Assembly (NCBI GenBank): GCA_007280275.1
Contig: QYQB01000076.1
Span: 1-53,613 of the forward strand
Source: a bacterium
GTDB taxonomy: Bacteria; Bacteroidota; Ignavibacteria; UBA10030
DNA length: 53,613 bases
Direction of reading: 5' to 3'
Below, in pieces: positions 18,014-27,044 of the stretch. Both the position numbers and the translations under genes were made by a program. Positions within the stretch are counted from its first letter, which is position 1. Every line of letters begins with the position of its first letter. The notes under the pieces are model-generated. The model was not told the DNA's origin. It did no database searches and was given only the letters and a program-made list of their open reading frames with translations.

Positions 18014-19318
18014 TCAATCCTTCTTGATGATTGTGAAATAGTCCCAAACGTGGCTTCCTTTTTCATTCAATTCATCGCAAAGAAATTTCACATCCATCCT
18101 GTCACCGTGAACATCGATGACGACGGATCCCTCATTATCAGATCCGGGGAAGTAAACGGGAAATATCTGATAATGCCTGAATGTCTTGATGGGATTCGAA
18201 GTCCCGCCTGCTGCCGTTGTGATGAATACGGTCCCCTGGTGCGGCATTCCCTTCTTCTTCACGTACGGACCACCAGTGTCTTCCCTGCCGATTCCAGCAT
18301 TTTTCTTGTTCGCTTCGGTCAACGTTGTTGTTGGTCCAATCAATTTGTCCAGCAAATAAGACCGTTCATACACGTGGTTATGTCCCTGCAGAACGAGGTC
18401 CACGCCATGGTCTTCCAGTATGGGCAGCCAATCTGTCCTTTGTGGCGGCGCATATTCGACCTCATCCGAGGGGTGATACCCCCCGCTATGAAATGGTTGA
18501 TGCATGCACGCGATCAGCCATTCTTGCTTGTTGTTGTCCAGGTCCTTCTTCAACCATTCCCGTTGGGCTTTTCTGCCGTTTTCATCATGTATCTCAGTGC
18601 ACAAACTTACCACGTGAATATTCGCGTAATCAAACGAGTAATACTCTGCGGCGACGGAGGCGATCCCCCCAGCTTCGGCTTTTGATGGGATCGTAAAAGT
18701 TCTCTTGTAGTTGTATATGCTGTCGTGTTCGTCATGATTGCCGACCGTTGTGTAGAGCGGTGACGACTTCAAAACGGGTTCGAGCTGATCGAAATAGTTG
18801 TGCTGCAACTGAAACAATGCATCATCTTCAGTCTGATCTCCCATGGAAAGAACAAAACTCGCATGGTAGCCGTTGTTGAAAGCCTTCCACTGAGCGACCG
18901 TCTCGAGCCGTCGCGCATTGTTTTTGGAATTGGTTTGGCCAAAATCTGAAATGGCCCAGATTCGGACTGGTGTTCCGGTGCCCACAGAGGGGGCGGTAAT
19001 GAAATATTGTTCTTCGTTTCCCTTCGACGAACCATCAACGGTGTAATAGTATTTCGTGTTTGGCACGAGTCCGGTCACCGGCACCTGGTGATAGATTCTC
19101 TCGTCTTCAGATTCCACAATTGTTTCGGACAGTGGGGAGAGTGAAGTGCCGTAACGGACTTTTCCGATGTCCCCTGTACCACTTTGCCACCGGATGATGA
19201 CGCTTGTCGGCGTGGGGACCTGAAGATAGGGTTGCCGGGTAACCTGGGCGAACGCCTGCACAGCGAACAAGAACAACAGCAGCAAAGATTGTTTCCTGAC
19301 AAACATGGATTTCTTCAT
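18014..19318 (-). CDS. Purple-acid-phosphatase-like metallophosphoesterase, exported, without T9SS tail
   Basis: FN3-like N-domain (VTRQPYLQVPTPTSVIIRWQS...NTKYYYTV). Phosphoesterase motifs SMGDQTEDD, TVGNHD, CMHQPFHSGG, QGHNHVYERS. Ends WDYFTIIKKD, exactly where the paralogs continue into a T9SS domain. The ATG at 19318 (MKKSMFVRKQSLLLLFLFAVQAFAQ) was preferred over the TTG at 19366. Confidence 0.8.
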   Translation of the reverse strand: MKKSMFVRKQSLLLLFLFAVQAFAQVTRQPYLQVPTPTSVIIRWQSGTGDIGKVRYGTSLSPLSETIVESEDERIYHQVPVTGLVPNTKYYYTVDGSSKGNEEQYFITAPSVGTGTPVRIWAISDFGQTNSKNNARRLETVAQWKAFNNGYHASFVLSMGDQTEDDALFQLQHNYFDQLEPVLKSSPLYTTVGNHDEHDSIYNYKRTFTIPSKAEAGGIASVAAEYYSFDYANIHVVSLCTEIHDENGRKAQREWLKKDLDNNKQEWLIACMHQPFHSGGYHPSDEVEYAPPQRTDWLPILEDHGVDLVLQGHNHVYERSYLLDKLIGPTTTLTEANKKNAGIGREDTGGPYVKKKGMPHQGTVFITTAAGGTSNPIKTFRHYQIFPVYFPGSDNEGSVVIDVHGDRMDVKFLCDELNEKGSHVWDYFTIIKKD

Positions 19319-19375
19319 TTCGTCTTCGATCCTCAGTAATTGTGATCGTTGTCTGCAGGTCTGCAAGACCTGATG

Positions 19376-20986
19376 TTAACGCACCAGCAGCATCTTCGTG
19401 CTCTTGATCATCGTTCCCGTTTGGATCTGCGCGATATACATGCCACTCGGTAAGTCGTTTCCATTTCCATCTTTCGCAATCCAACTCATCGTATGATGGC
19501 CTTTGTCCGTCACTCCGTCGAGCAGGGTCGCGGCACTGCGACCGAGTACATCATAGATCACGATCTTCGCAGATCCTCGTTGCGGCAGATCGTAAGAGAT
19601 GTTTGTTGACGGGTTGAATGGATTGGGATAATTGGCGATCGCAAATTCGTCAGGGACGTGAGTCATACTCCCACGAACTGCTGAGACAATCTGGGGCGCT
19701 GCGACGGTGAATGAATCGATCACAGTCCCCGGCGTACTGCAAACCTGTTCCTCTCGCGGCTTGTAGTCATTACCAGGATTGGTCGTGTTGGGAGAACAGA
19801 TGAATCGGCCCTGAATTGCGTCATCGGTGAAATCAAGAACCAGAATGCCGTAATGAATCGCACGAAAAGCACAGTTCGATGGCTTTGTCGGGCTATCCCA
19901 TCCACGAAAATATGACCCCGTCGTGCTATTGATAATATATGTCATTCCGCTTGATAGCGGATAACGCTCATACTGGTGGTTATGGCCGCTGAGATCAAGC
20001 ACATACTTCGGAAAAGCAGTATGGAAACCATCCAGGACGGTCCGCATACTTGTTTCACCGGGGCTGCGTCCACTTGCGCTTGTATAAGAAGACCTGTGAC
20101 CGAAAGTTACTATGAACCTGATATTGGGATCATTCTGGGCGGCTGAGAACACAGGTGTAACCTGGTTTTTCCACTCGATGCGGGTTGAAGAAGTCCATGG
20201 TTCAGGAAAGCTGATAAACCTTGTGTTACCGTAGTCAAACCAACCCCAGTCCTCACCTCCGGCGCTCACTGCCGGTGAAAATAGCATCGTCCCTGGATTT
20301 GGTATGTCAAAGCGCCCCTTAAAGGTTCGCAGATCATCTGCGGTGGTGTACTCCCAATCGTGGTTCCCCTCGACGGGCATCCAAGCAGCGCTCTGCGACC
20401 AGACCATCGCATCCTGAAAACGTCGTACGACTTTCTGCTGCCCATCGGGGCCCGCCCCTGTTAAGTCTCCGGTTGACAGCACCAAGGCAGGTTTGAACCC
20501 CGCGATCTGAGCGAACATAGCTATGCACTCCGGCGAGTTGTCATGCATATCGCTCGTAGTGCAGATCCTGAAGCCCGCCGTCCCGGGTGGAGGAGGCGTC
20601 CGGAACTTGTTCATCTGTCCGGTGCTGCCGATTCTGTAGTAATAGCTGGTGTTCTGCTGAAGCCCGGTAAGCTTTGCTTCCCAATAAGGACCGGGATCTG
20701 AAATCCACGGTGATGTCACCGGCAAGAAGGCCGGATGTGACGCCAGAACTGAAGTGCTGAGATTGCTGGAGTCAGCACCGTACCGAATCTGGTCGGCTGT
20801 TCCTATCCAATCAAATGTAATTGCCGTATTGCTGATAATGGAGTAGTGCACCTGATCGACCTCGGCCACTCTCGTCCTTGTTGCTCCGCTACTCTCCTGC
20901 TTCGCCACAGTTTGTGCTAACATCGGTTCATAGGAGGCCAGGAGGAAGGAAACTGAGAGAAGTATGATCGCAACGCTCTTCTTCAT
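19376..20986 (-). CDS. Purple-acid-phosphatase-like metallophosphoesterase with T9SS C-terminal sorting domain (divergent paralog)
   Basis: Motifs TTSDMHD, STGDLTG, EGNHDWEY, FGHRSSY, SGHNHQYERY. C-terminus NYPNPFNPSTNISYDLPQRGSAKIVIYDVLGR...MLLVR. Confidence 0.8.
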   Translation of the reverse strand: MKKSVAIILLSVSFLLASYEPMLAQTVAKQESSGATRTRVAEVDQVHYSIISNTAITFDWIGTADQIRYGADSSNLSTSVLASHPAFLPVTSPWISDPGPYWEAKLTGLQQNTSYYYRIGSTGQMNKFRTPPPPGTAGFRICTTSDMHDNSPECIAMFAQIAGFKPALVLSTGDLTGAGPDGQQKVVRRFQDAMVWSQSAAWMPVEGNHDWEYTTADDLRTFKGRFDIPNPGTMLFSPAVSAGGEDWGWFDYGNTRFISFPEPWTSSTRIEWKNQVTPVFSAAQNDPNIRFIVTFGHRSSYTSASGRSPGETSMRTVLDGFHTAFPKYVLDLSGHNHQYERYPLSSGMTYIINSTTGSYFRGWDSPTKPSNCAFRAIHYGILVLDFTDDAIQGRFICSPNTTNPGNDYKPREEQVCSTPGTVIDSFTVAAPQIVSAVRGSMTHVPDEFAIANYPNPFNPSTNISYDLPQRGSAKIVIYDVLGRSAATLLDGVTDKGHHTMSWIAKDGNGNDLPSGMYIAQIQTGTMIKSTKMLLVR

Positions 20987-21054
20987 TCAAGATTCTTGAT
21001 TAGAAATTCAACGATTGAATTCGAATTTAGCTAAGTCTGACTTCTTCTCAACTC

Positions 21055-22671
21055 TCACCGCAGGAGCATCATTTTTGTACTCTTCAAAAATTGTCCCGAC
21101 TGAATACGGGCGATGTACATGCCGCTTGTCACATCGTTCCCTCTTCCGTCTTTCCCGGACCAATCGATGGTGTGATTTCCTGTTGCGACTTCCCCGTCGA
21201 CCAACGTGGAAACGACTCGGCCTAGAACATCATAGATTGTTATCGTAACGTGCCCGGTTTGCGGAGCAGTATACGAAATCCGTGTTGATGGATTGAAAGG
21301 GTTGGGGTAGTTCGATATAGAGAAATCTTCCGGGAGCAAAGCCCGACTATCTTCAACGGAAGTCGCATTCGCCGACTTCAGTATCGTAAAATAGTCCCAA
21401 ATGTGGCTTCCCTTGGCGTCCAATTCGTCACAGAGAAACTTCACATCCATCCGGTTGCTACCGTCAACATCAACCACCAAGGATCCTTCATAGTCTGAGC
21501 CTCTGAAGACTACCGGAGTGAAGGCGAACGGATAGCGGAGATTACTGGCATCACTTGAAGTTCCGCCGCCTTCACAGTTGACGAAGATTTCTCCGCCGTG
21601 CGGCCGACCTGCCACCTTTTTATATGCGTGATCAACATCTATCCTGCCGAGTGCCGTATCGATTTTGTTCGCCTCAGTCAGGCTTGTCGATTTTCCCGTG
21701 AGGTTGTCGAGCATATAGGATCTCTCGTAGACGTGGTTGTGGCCCGCCAGAATGAGATCGACCCCTGCGTCTTCCAGCACGGGCAGCCAATTCGCTCTCT
21801 CCGTCATGGAAAATGGGTCCGTATCTGACTTGTGGTCGCCTGCGCTGTGCATTGGGTGGTGCATGAGAGCAATCAACCAATCAGATTTGTTGGCCGACAA
21901 GTCATTCTTCAGCCATTCTGTTTCAGGACTTATATCGAAACCGTCCGCGCAGAGCACCACAACATGGATATTGGCATAGTTGAAGGAATAGTAATCCTCG
22001 GTGCCCGAAGCCAGCCCCCCGGCCTCAGCGTTGGCCGGCAGTGTAAACGAGGCTTTGTAGACAACGCGTTGATCACCAGCATCATGATTGCCTACGGTGG
22101 TAAAAAGAGGAGTTATCCTGAGAACATCCTGAAGCTGGTTGAAGTAGTTTGCCTGAAGCTGACTCTCCCAGTCTGATTCTGATTGATCACCTAACGAGAG
22201 AACGAGATCGGCAGCGAGCGAATTGTTATTGAACTCCTTCCAGACATTAACAGTGACAGTCCTGCGGGCATCGTCCGAGGTGGAAAACGATTGACCAAAA
22301 TCCGAAATCACCCAAAGTCTTGTGAATTGACGTGTACCTGTAACGGGTGCCGTTACGAAATATTGATCCGATGTGCCACCAGAAGGACCCGTCACCGAGT
22401 AGTAGTATTTCTGCTTTGGGGACAGTCCGGTAATTGTTATCTCATGTTTTATTGCGTTGCCGGTGTCAGACTTTGCTTTTGTCAGCGACGTCGTTGAAGC
22501 CCCATAATAGACCGTCCCAACCCTTGCGCTGTCCGAATCCCACCGCACGACGATGCTGTTTGGCGTGACAATTTGAAGATACGGCTGGCGCGTAACTTGC
22601 GCAGACATCTGGACTGACAGCAAAAACAGAATCAGCAACAGTCCGTTTCTGTGAAGAAGGCGATGGTTCAT
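21055..22671 (-). CDS. Purple-acid-phosphatase-like metallophosphoesterase with T9SS C-terminal sorting domain
   Basis: Close paralog of 18014 and 22725 (VTRQPYLQIVTPNSIVVRWDS, SLGDQSESD, TVGNHD, AGHNHVYERS), plus NYPNPFNPSTRISYTAPQ...MMLLR. GAGGGA lies 5 nt before the ATG. Confidence 0.85.
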   Translation of the reverse strand: MNHRLLHRNGLLLILFLLSVQMSAQVTRQPYLQIVTPNSIVVRWDSDSARVGTVYYGASTTSLTKAKSDTGNAIKHEITITGLSPKQKYYYSVTGPSGGTSDQYFVTAPVTGTRQFTRLWVISDFGQSFSTSDDARRTVTVNVWKEFNNNSLAADLVLSLGDQSESDWESQLQANYFNQLQDVLRITPLFTTVGNHDAGDQRVVYKASFTLPANAEAGGLASGTEDYYSFNYANIHVVVLCADGFDISPETEWLKNDLSANKSDWLIALMHHPMHSAGDHKSDTDPFSMTERANWLPVLEDAGVDLILAGHNHVYERSYMLDNLTGKSTSLTEANKIDTALGRIDVDHAYKKVAGRPHGGEIFVNCEGGGTSSDASNLRYPFAFTPVVFRGSDYEGSLVVDVDGSNRMDVKFLCDELDAKGSHIWDYFTILKSANATSVEDSRALLPEDFSISNYPNPFNPSTRISYTAPQTGHVTITIYDVLGRVVSTLVDGEVATGNHTIDWSGKDGRGNDVTSGMYIARIQSGQFLKSTKMMLLR

Positions 22672-22724
22672 AGCATCCCTCGATTTCCGCCGGAAGGTCC
22701 TCGTTCATGAGGCCACCGACGATT

Positions 22725-24350
22725 TTACCTTAGCAACAGCATTTTTGTGTTCTTTATGAACTCACCAGCGCGGAGTCGCGCGATGTACATTCCGCTCACA
22801 AGATTGTTACCTCTCTCATCTTTTCCAGACCAATCAACAGTATGAGTCCCTTTCTCCTGCTCTCCGTCGACCAGAGTCGCCACAGTGCGACCAAGCAGAT
22901 CATAGATCGAGATTCTCACTGAACCCCGTTGCGGGAGAGTATAGGATATCTTTGTCGACGGGTTGAATGGGTTGGGATAATTTGTAATCGAGAAATCACT
23001 CGGAAGGAGGGTCCTGTCACCGACAACAGATGATACCTTCGGTGCCTTGATGATTGTCAAGCTGTCCCAGACGTGGCTGAGAGTGATAAGATGTGGTTGA
23101 TCACAGATGAATTTGACATCCATGCGGTTGCTACCGCTGACATCGATGACCAACGAGCCTTCGTTGTTGGATTGCTTGAAAACTATTGGAGTGAAGCTCA
23201 AGGGAACTGTCAGGTATTTGGGATCGTTTGCTGTTCCGCCCCCCTGGCATGAAATGAAGATTTCCCCCTGATGCGGTCGGCCCGGTTCTTTCTGATAGGC
23301 ATGGTCTATCCCGATCCTGCCGAGCGCGGTGTCTATCTTATTGGCAGATGTGATGCTTGCGGAATTACCTGTGAGGTTATCAAGAAGGTACGATCTTTCG
23401 TATACATGGTTATGACCAGAAAGGATGAGATCGACCCCTGCTCCTTCCAGCAACGGGAGCCAATTTGCCTTTTGCGCGAGCGCAGTTGCATCGCCATCCG
23501 TTGGATGATAGCCGGCGCTGTGCATTGGCCGGTGCATGTAGGCAATCAGCCAATCGGACTTATTGTTTGCCAGATCGTTCTGAAGCCATGTCTTCTGAGC
23601 CCCCGAAATGCTCACATTGTTTTCAACCGTGAGGGCGACGAAGTGAATGTTTGCGAAGTTGAAGGAGTAGTAGTCCTCCGTTCCCGATGGGGATCCGCCC
23701 GCTTCAGCGCGCGTCGGCAGGGTAAAATCGGCCTTATAGTTGACTTCACCGTCGGTGTCTTCATGGTTCCCTGCAATCGTAAACAGGGGCGTGCATTTGA
23801 GAACATCTTGAAGCTGGTTGAAGTAGTTGGCCTGGAGTTGTGCTTCCGTGTCTTCTTCCGACTGATCGCCAAGAGAAAGCAGCACGTCAGCATGCACATC
23901 GTTGTTGTTGAATGCCTTCCAAAAACCAACAGTCTGAAGCCTTCGAGTGTCATCCGATGTGCTGTTTGATTGACCAAAATCAGACACCACCCAGATTCTG
24001 GTCGACTGAGCGCTCCCTGTAGGCGGCGCAGTGACAAAATATTGATCAAAAGCGCCTCCGGTCGTGCCGGCTACGGAGTAGTAGTATTTCTGTTTTGGAG
24101 ATAATCCCACAATCGTTATCTCATGTTTCGTTCTGGCGCTGCTTTCTGATTGAGTGCTTGTCAGCGATGTCACTGACGCACCGTAATGAACGGTACCGAC
24201 TTCCGAAGTCTGCGTGTCCCAGCGTATGGTGATACTGTTCGGCGTTACTATTTGCTGGTAAGGCTGGCGCGTAATCTGCGCCAGAGCCATCGAGGTAATC
24301 AGACACAGGAATAACAAGATCTGCTTTCGATGAAGGACATTTCGGATCAC
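22725..24350 (-). CDS. Purple-acid-phosphatase-like metallophosphoesterase with T9SS C-terminal sorting domain
   Basis: ITRQPYQQIVTPNSITIRWDT, SLGDQSEED, IAGNHED, SGHNHVYERS, plus NYPNPFNPSTKISYTLPQ...MLLLR. GTG start after AGAGGAGAG. Confidence 0.85.
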   Translation of the reverse strand: MIRNVLHRKQILLFLCLITSMALAQITRQPYQQIVTPNSITIRWDTQTSEVGTVHYGASVTSLTSTQSESSARTKHEITIVGLSPKQKYYYSVAGTTGGAFDQYFVTAPPTGSAQSTRIWVVSDFGQSNSTSDDTRRLQTVGFWKAFNNNDVHADVLLSLGDQSEEDTEAQLQANYFNQLQDVLKCTPLFTIAGNHEDTDGEVNYKADFTLPTRAEAGGSPSGTEDYYSFNFANIHFVALTVENNVSISGAQKTWLQNDLANNKSDWLIAYMHRPMHSAGYHPTDGDATALAQKANWLPLLEGAGVDLILSGHNHVYERSYLLDNLTGNSASITSANKIDTALGRIGIDHAYQKEPGRPHQGEIFISCQGGGTANDPKYLTVPLSFTPIVFKQSNNEGSLVIDVSGSNRMDVKFICDQPHLITLSHVWDSLTIIKAPKVSSVVGDRTLLPSDFSITNYPNPFNPSTKISYTLPQRGSVRISIYDLLGRTVATLVDGEQEKGTHTVDWSGKDERGNNLVSGMYIARLRAGEFIKNTKMLLLR

Positions 24351-24402
24351 TTGGAACTCTCCTCTATTGAGCCTTCTTTGAGTTTCGCAATTTGGACATT
24401 CT

Positions 24403-26529
24403 TCAGTTCACTTGAGTCAGATCCACCGGTAAGGTCCTCACTCTTTTTCCAGTGGCTGAGTAAATTGCATTGCAGAGCGCAGGTGCAGTAACGCCTATCC
24501 CCAATTCTCCAATTCCACCAACCGGAAGGGTATTCTGCACGATATGCACTTCTACCTTTGGCATCTCTTCGTACGTGAGAATCGGATAACTGTCAAAATT
24601 GCCTTCACTTACTCCGCCGTTCCGAACTGTAATCCGTTGCTTCAGAGCCGCTGACAAAGCAAACGCAATGCAACTCTGCATCTGCGCTTCGACTGTATCC
24701 GGATTCACTACCAGGCCGCAATCGATCGCGCAGACGTACCGATCCACTTTCAGATTGTCTTTCCGATCAAGAGTGATCTCAGCAACAAATGCACAATAAC
24801 TGTCATACGCCGATGCGCACGCGATCCCTCTCCCATGCCCCTTACTCAATGCGGCGTACCAGTCTGACTTCTGAGCGGCGATCGTAAGCACGTTCAGCAG
24901 TCTCGATTTTTCCGGGAGCATATCTCTTCTGAATTCAAACGCATCCTTCCGGGCTGCCAGGGCCATTTCATCGACGAATGATTCAAGAGCAAACGGGTTC
25001 TGCGAACGATAGACAGACCGCCAGTACCCGAGGGGAACGGGAGTGGTTACGATGCTGCCGGTCAATTCCATGAACGGAATCTGATACTCCCTCTCGATTG
25101 CCCCCCCTTTGAAGTCATAATGAGCCGGATCCAACTTCGTTTGCGATTTGAACTCTTCAATGGAAGGGGTGATGACATGATGCCGGAGGGATGCCGGCTT
25201 CCCGTGTTCATTGAGCGTCCCTTTCAGCTGATGAATGCTCGGAGGACGATAGAAGTCGTGCCTGGTATCTTCCTCCCTTGTCCACGTGAGCTTGATGGGT
25301 TTGCCGGCGTGTTTGGATAATTCGGCTGCCTCGACTGCGTAGTCAACATCGCCTCTGCGGCCAAAGCCGCCGCCACTGAATGTCACATACACCGTAACAT
25401 CTTCCTCTTTCAACCTCAGCGCCCTGGCCACGGCTGTCTGAGCAGCTTGAGGATTCTGTGTCGGGGCCCAGAGTTCGACTTTGCCATCCTTGAAATGCGC
25501 AAGACAATTCATCGGCTCCATCGCTGCGTGGGCAAGGAAAGGCGTCTCGTACACTGCCTCGATCACCGTCTCGTTTTTCTGCGGCATCGCGGAAGTCCCG
25601 ATCCGTGTGAGCATTTCCCCGGGTTCCCTGAGCTTTGCGGACATCGAGTTGCGGATGCTCTCGGAACTCACGTTCGCGTTCGGGCCCGGCTCCCAATTCA
25701 CTGAGAGAAGCCCTTTCCCCATGAACGCGAGCCACGTCGATTCTGCGATGACAGCTACTCCTGTGCTGATGGCGGTTGCATCGAGCACTCCATTCAGCGC
25801 CTTCGTTCTTGTGGCATCAAAGCTCTTTATTCCGCCACCGAACGTCGGGATATGGCTTATCGTGGCAAAGCGCATTCCGGGCAACGTGTGATCTATGCCG
25901 AAAAGAGCTTCGCCGTACAGCTTGCCGGGTGTGTCGAGTCGATGGATTTTCTTCCCGATGATCTTGTAGTCTTTCGGGTCTTTCAGTTTCACACTCGTTG
26001 GAACGGGCAGTTTTGATGCATCTTCAACCAGTTCGCCGTAAGGAAGTTTCGTGCCGGAGATCTTGTTAACAACGACCCCCATTTCTGCTGAGCAGTCGGA
26101 TGGTGTTATTTTCCAACGCGCAGCAGCGGCCGTTATGAGCATCGTTTTTGCGGTCGCTCCCACAACCCGAAGTGGTTCCCAGGATCTACGAATACTTGTG
26201 CTTCCACCAGTATTCTGGTCGCCGAACCTTTTGTCCGAAAACGCGTTTTCGACTTTTATCTTCTCCCAATCCACTTCGAGTTCTTCTGCGACCAGCATTG
26301 TCAGTGATGTGAATACGCCCTGACCCAGTTCCGATCTCGGCACGATAACCGTCACCAATCCGCTCGACTCAATTCTGATGAAGACATTGGGTGCAAAAAC
26401 CTTCGGCGTATCACCTTTCTTTTGGATGAATCCTCTAAGCGGAACGTACGATGCCAGAATGAGCCCTGATCCGCCAACACTGAATATTCTGATAAACTCT
26501 CGTCTCGTATGTTTTATTCGTTCGGCCAT
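24403..26529 (-). CDS. Molybdopterin-dependent hydroxylase large subunit (IorB / aldehyde-oxidase family) with Tat signal
   Basis: Twin-arginine leader MAERIKHTRREFIRIFSVGGSGLILAS. GGSTSIR and FSGGGFGRR motifs of the xanthine-dehydrogenase/aldehyde-oxidase Mo-binding family. 708 aa. Confidence 0.8.
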   Translation of the reverse strand: MAERIKHTRREFIRIFSVGGSGLILASYVPLRGFIQKKGDTPKVFAPNVFIRIESSGLVTVIVPRSELGQGVFTSLTMLVAEELEVDWEKIKVENAFSDKRFGDQNTGGSTSIRRSWEPLRVVGATAKTMLITAAAARWKITPSDCSAEMGVVVNKISGTKLPYGELVEDASKLPVPTSVKLKDPKDYKIIGKKIHRLDTPGKLYGEALFGIDHTLPGMRFATISHIPTFGGGIKSFDATRTKALNGVLDATAISTGVAVIAESTWLAFMGKGLLSVNWEPGPNANVSSESIRNSMSAKLREPGEMLTRIGTSAMPQKNETVIEAVYETPFLAHAAMEPMNCLAHFKDGKVELWAPTQNPQAAQTAVARALRLKEEDVTVYVTFSGGGFGRRGDVDYAVEAAELSKHAGKPIKLTWTREEDTRHDFYRPPSIHQLKGTLNEHGKPASLRHHVITPSIEEFKSQTKLDPAHYDFKGGAIEREYQIPFMELTGSIVTTPVPLGYWRSVYRSQNPFALESFVDEMALAARKDAFEFRRDMLPEKSRLLNVLTIAAQKSDWYAALSKGHGRGIACASAYDSYCAFVAEITLDRKDNLKVDRYVCAIDCGLVVNPDTVEAQMQSCIAFALSAALKQRITVRNGGVSEGNFDSYPILTYEEMPKVEVHIVQNTLPVGGIGELGIGVTAPALCNAIYSATGKRVRTLPVDLTQVN

Positions 26530-26533
26530 GGAA

Positions 26534-26992
26534 TCAGCCCTCCCGAACGATTGTTTCGATGGCTTCCCTGATCCTCTGGTACGTTCCGCATCTGCACAAC
26601 ACTCCGTTCATCGTCTCTGCTATTTGTTGTGGCGATGGCTTTGCGTTCTGATTCAGCATCGCCGCGAGGGTCATGATTTGACCGGGCTGACAGTATCCGC
26701 ATTGCGACACTTCCCGTTCAATCCATATTTTGAAAATGGGGTTGTTTTTGTTTGCTGCCAGACCTTCGATGGTCGTGATGGATTTGCCGGCAGCTTTCTC
26801 AATTGGCACGGAACAGGATTTCTCTGCTTTTCTATCGATGTGGACAGTGCATGCTCCGCACAACCCTTCACCGCATCCAAACTTCGTTCCCGTCAAACCA
26901 AGCGTGTCCCGCAGCACCCAAAGCAACGGCGTGTCCCCGTCGACCTCGACCGTTCTCTGTGTTCCGTTCACCTCGATTGCGTATCGTGCCAT
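26534..26992 (-). CDS. [2Fe-2S]-binding small subunit of the molybdo-hydroxylase (IorA-like)
   Basis: CGEGLCGACTV and QCGYCQPGQIM cluster motifs. The ATG at 26992 (MARYAIEVNG...) was chosen because the longer track ORF would overlap the upstream gene. Its stop lies 4 nt before the large-subunit ATG. Confidence 0.8.
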   Translation of the reverse strand: MARYAIEVNGTQRTVEVDGDTPLLWVLRDTLGLTGTKFGCGEGLCGACTVHIDRKAEKSCSVPIEKAAGKSITTIEGLAANKNNPIFKIWIEREVSQCGYCQPGQIMTLAAMLNQNAKPSPQQIAETMNGVLCRCGTYQRIREAIETIVREG

Positions 26993-27044
26993 AGGATTCC
27001 CTGCTGAATATTTCCCACTCGACGATTGATCTAAAGCCAGACGG

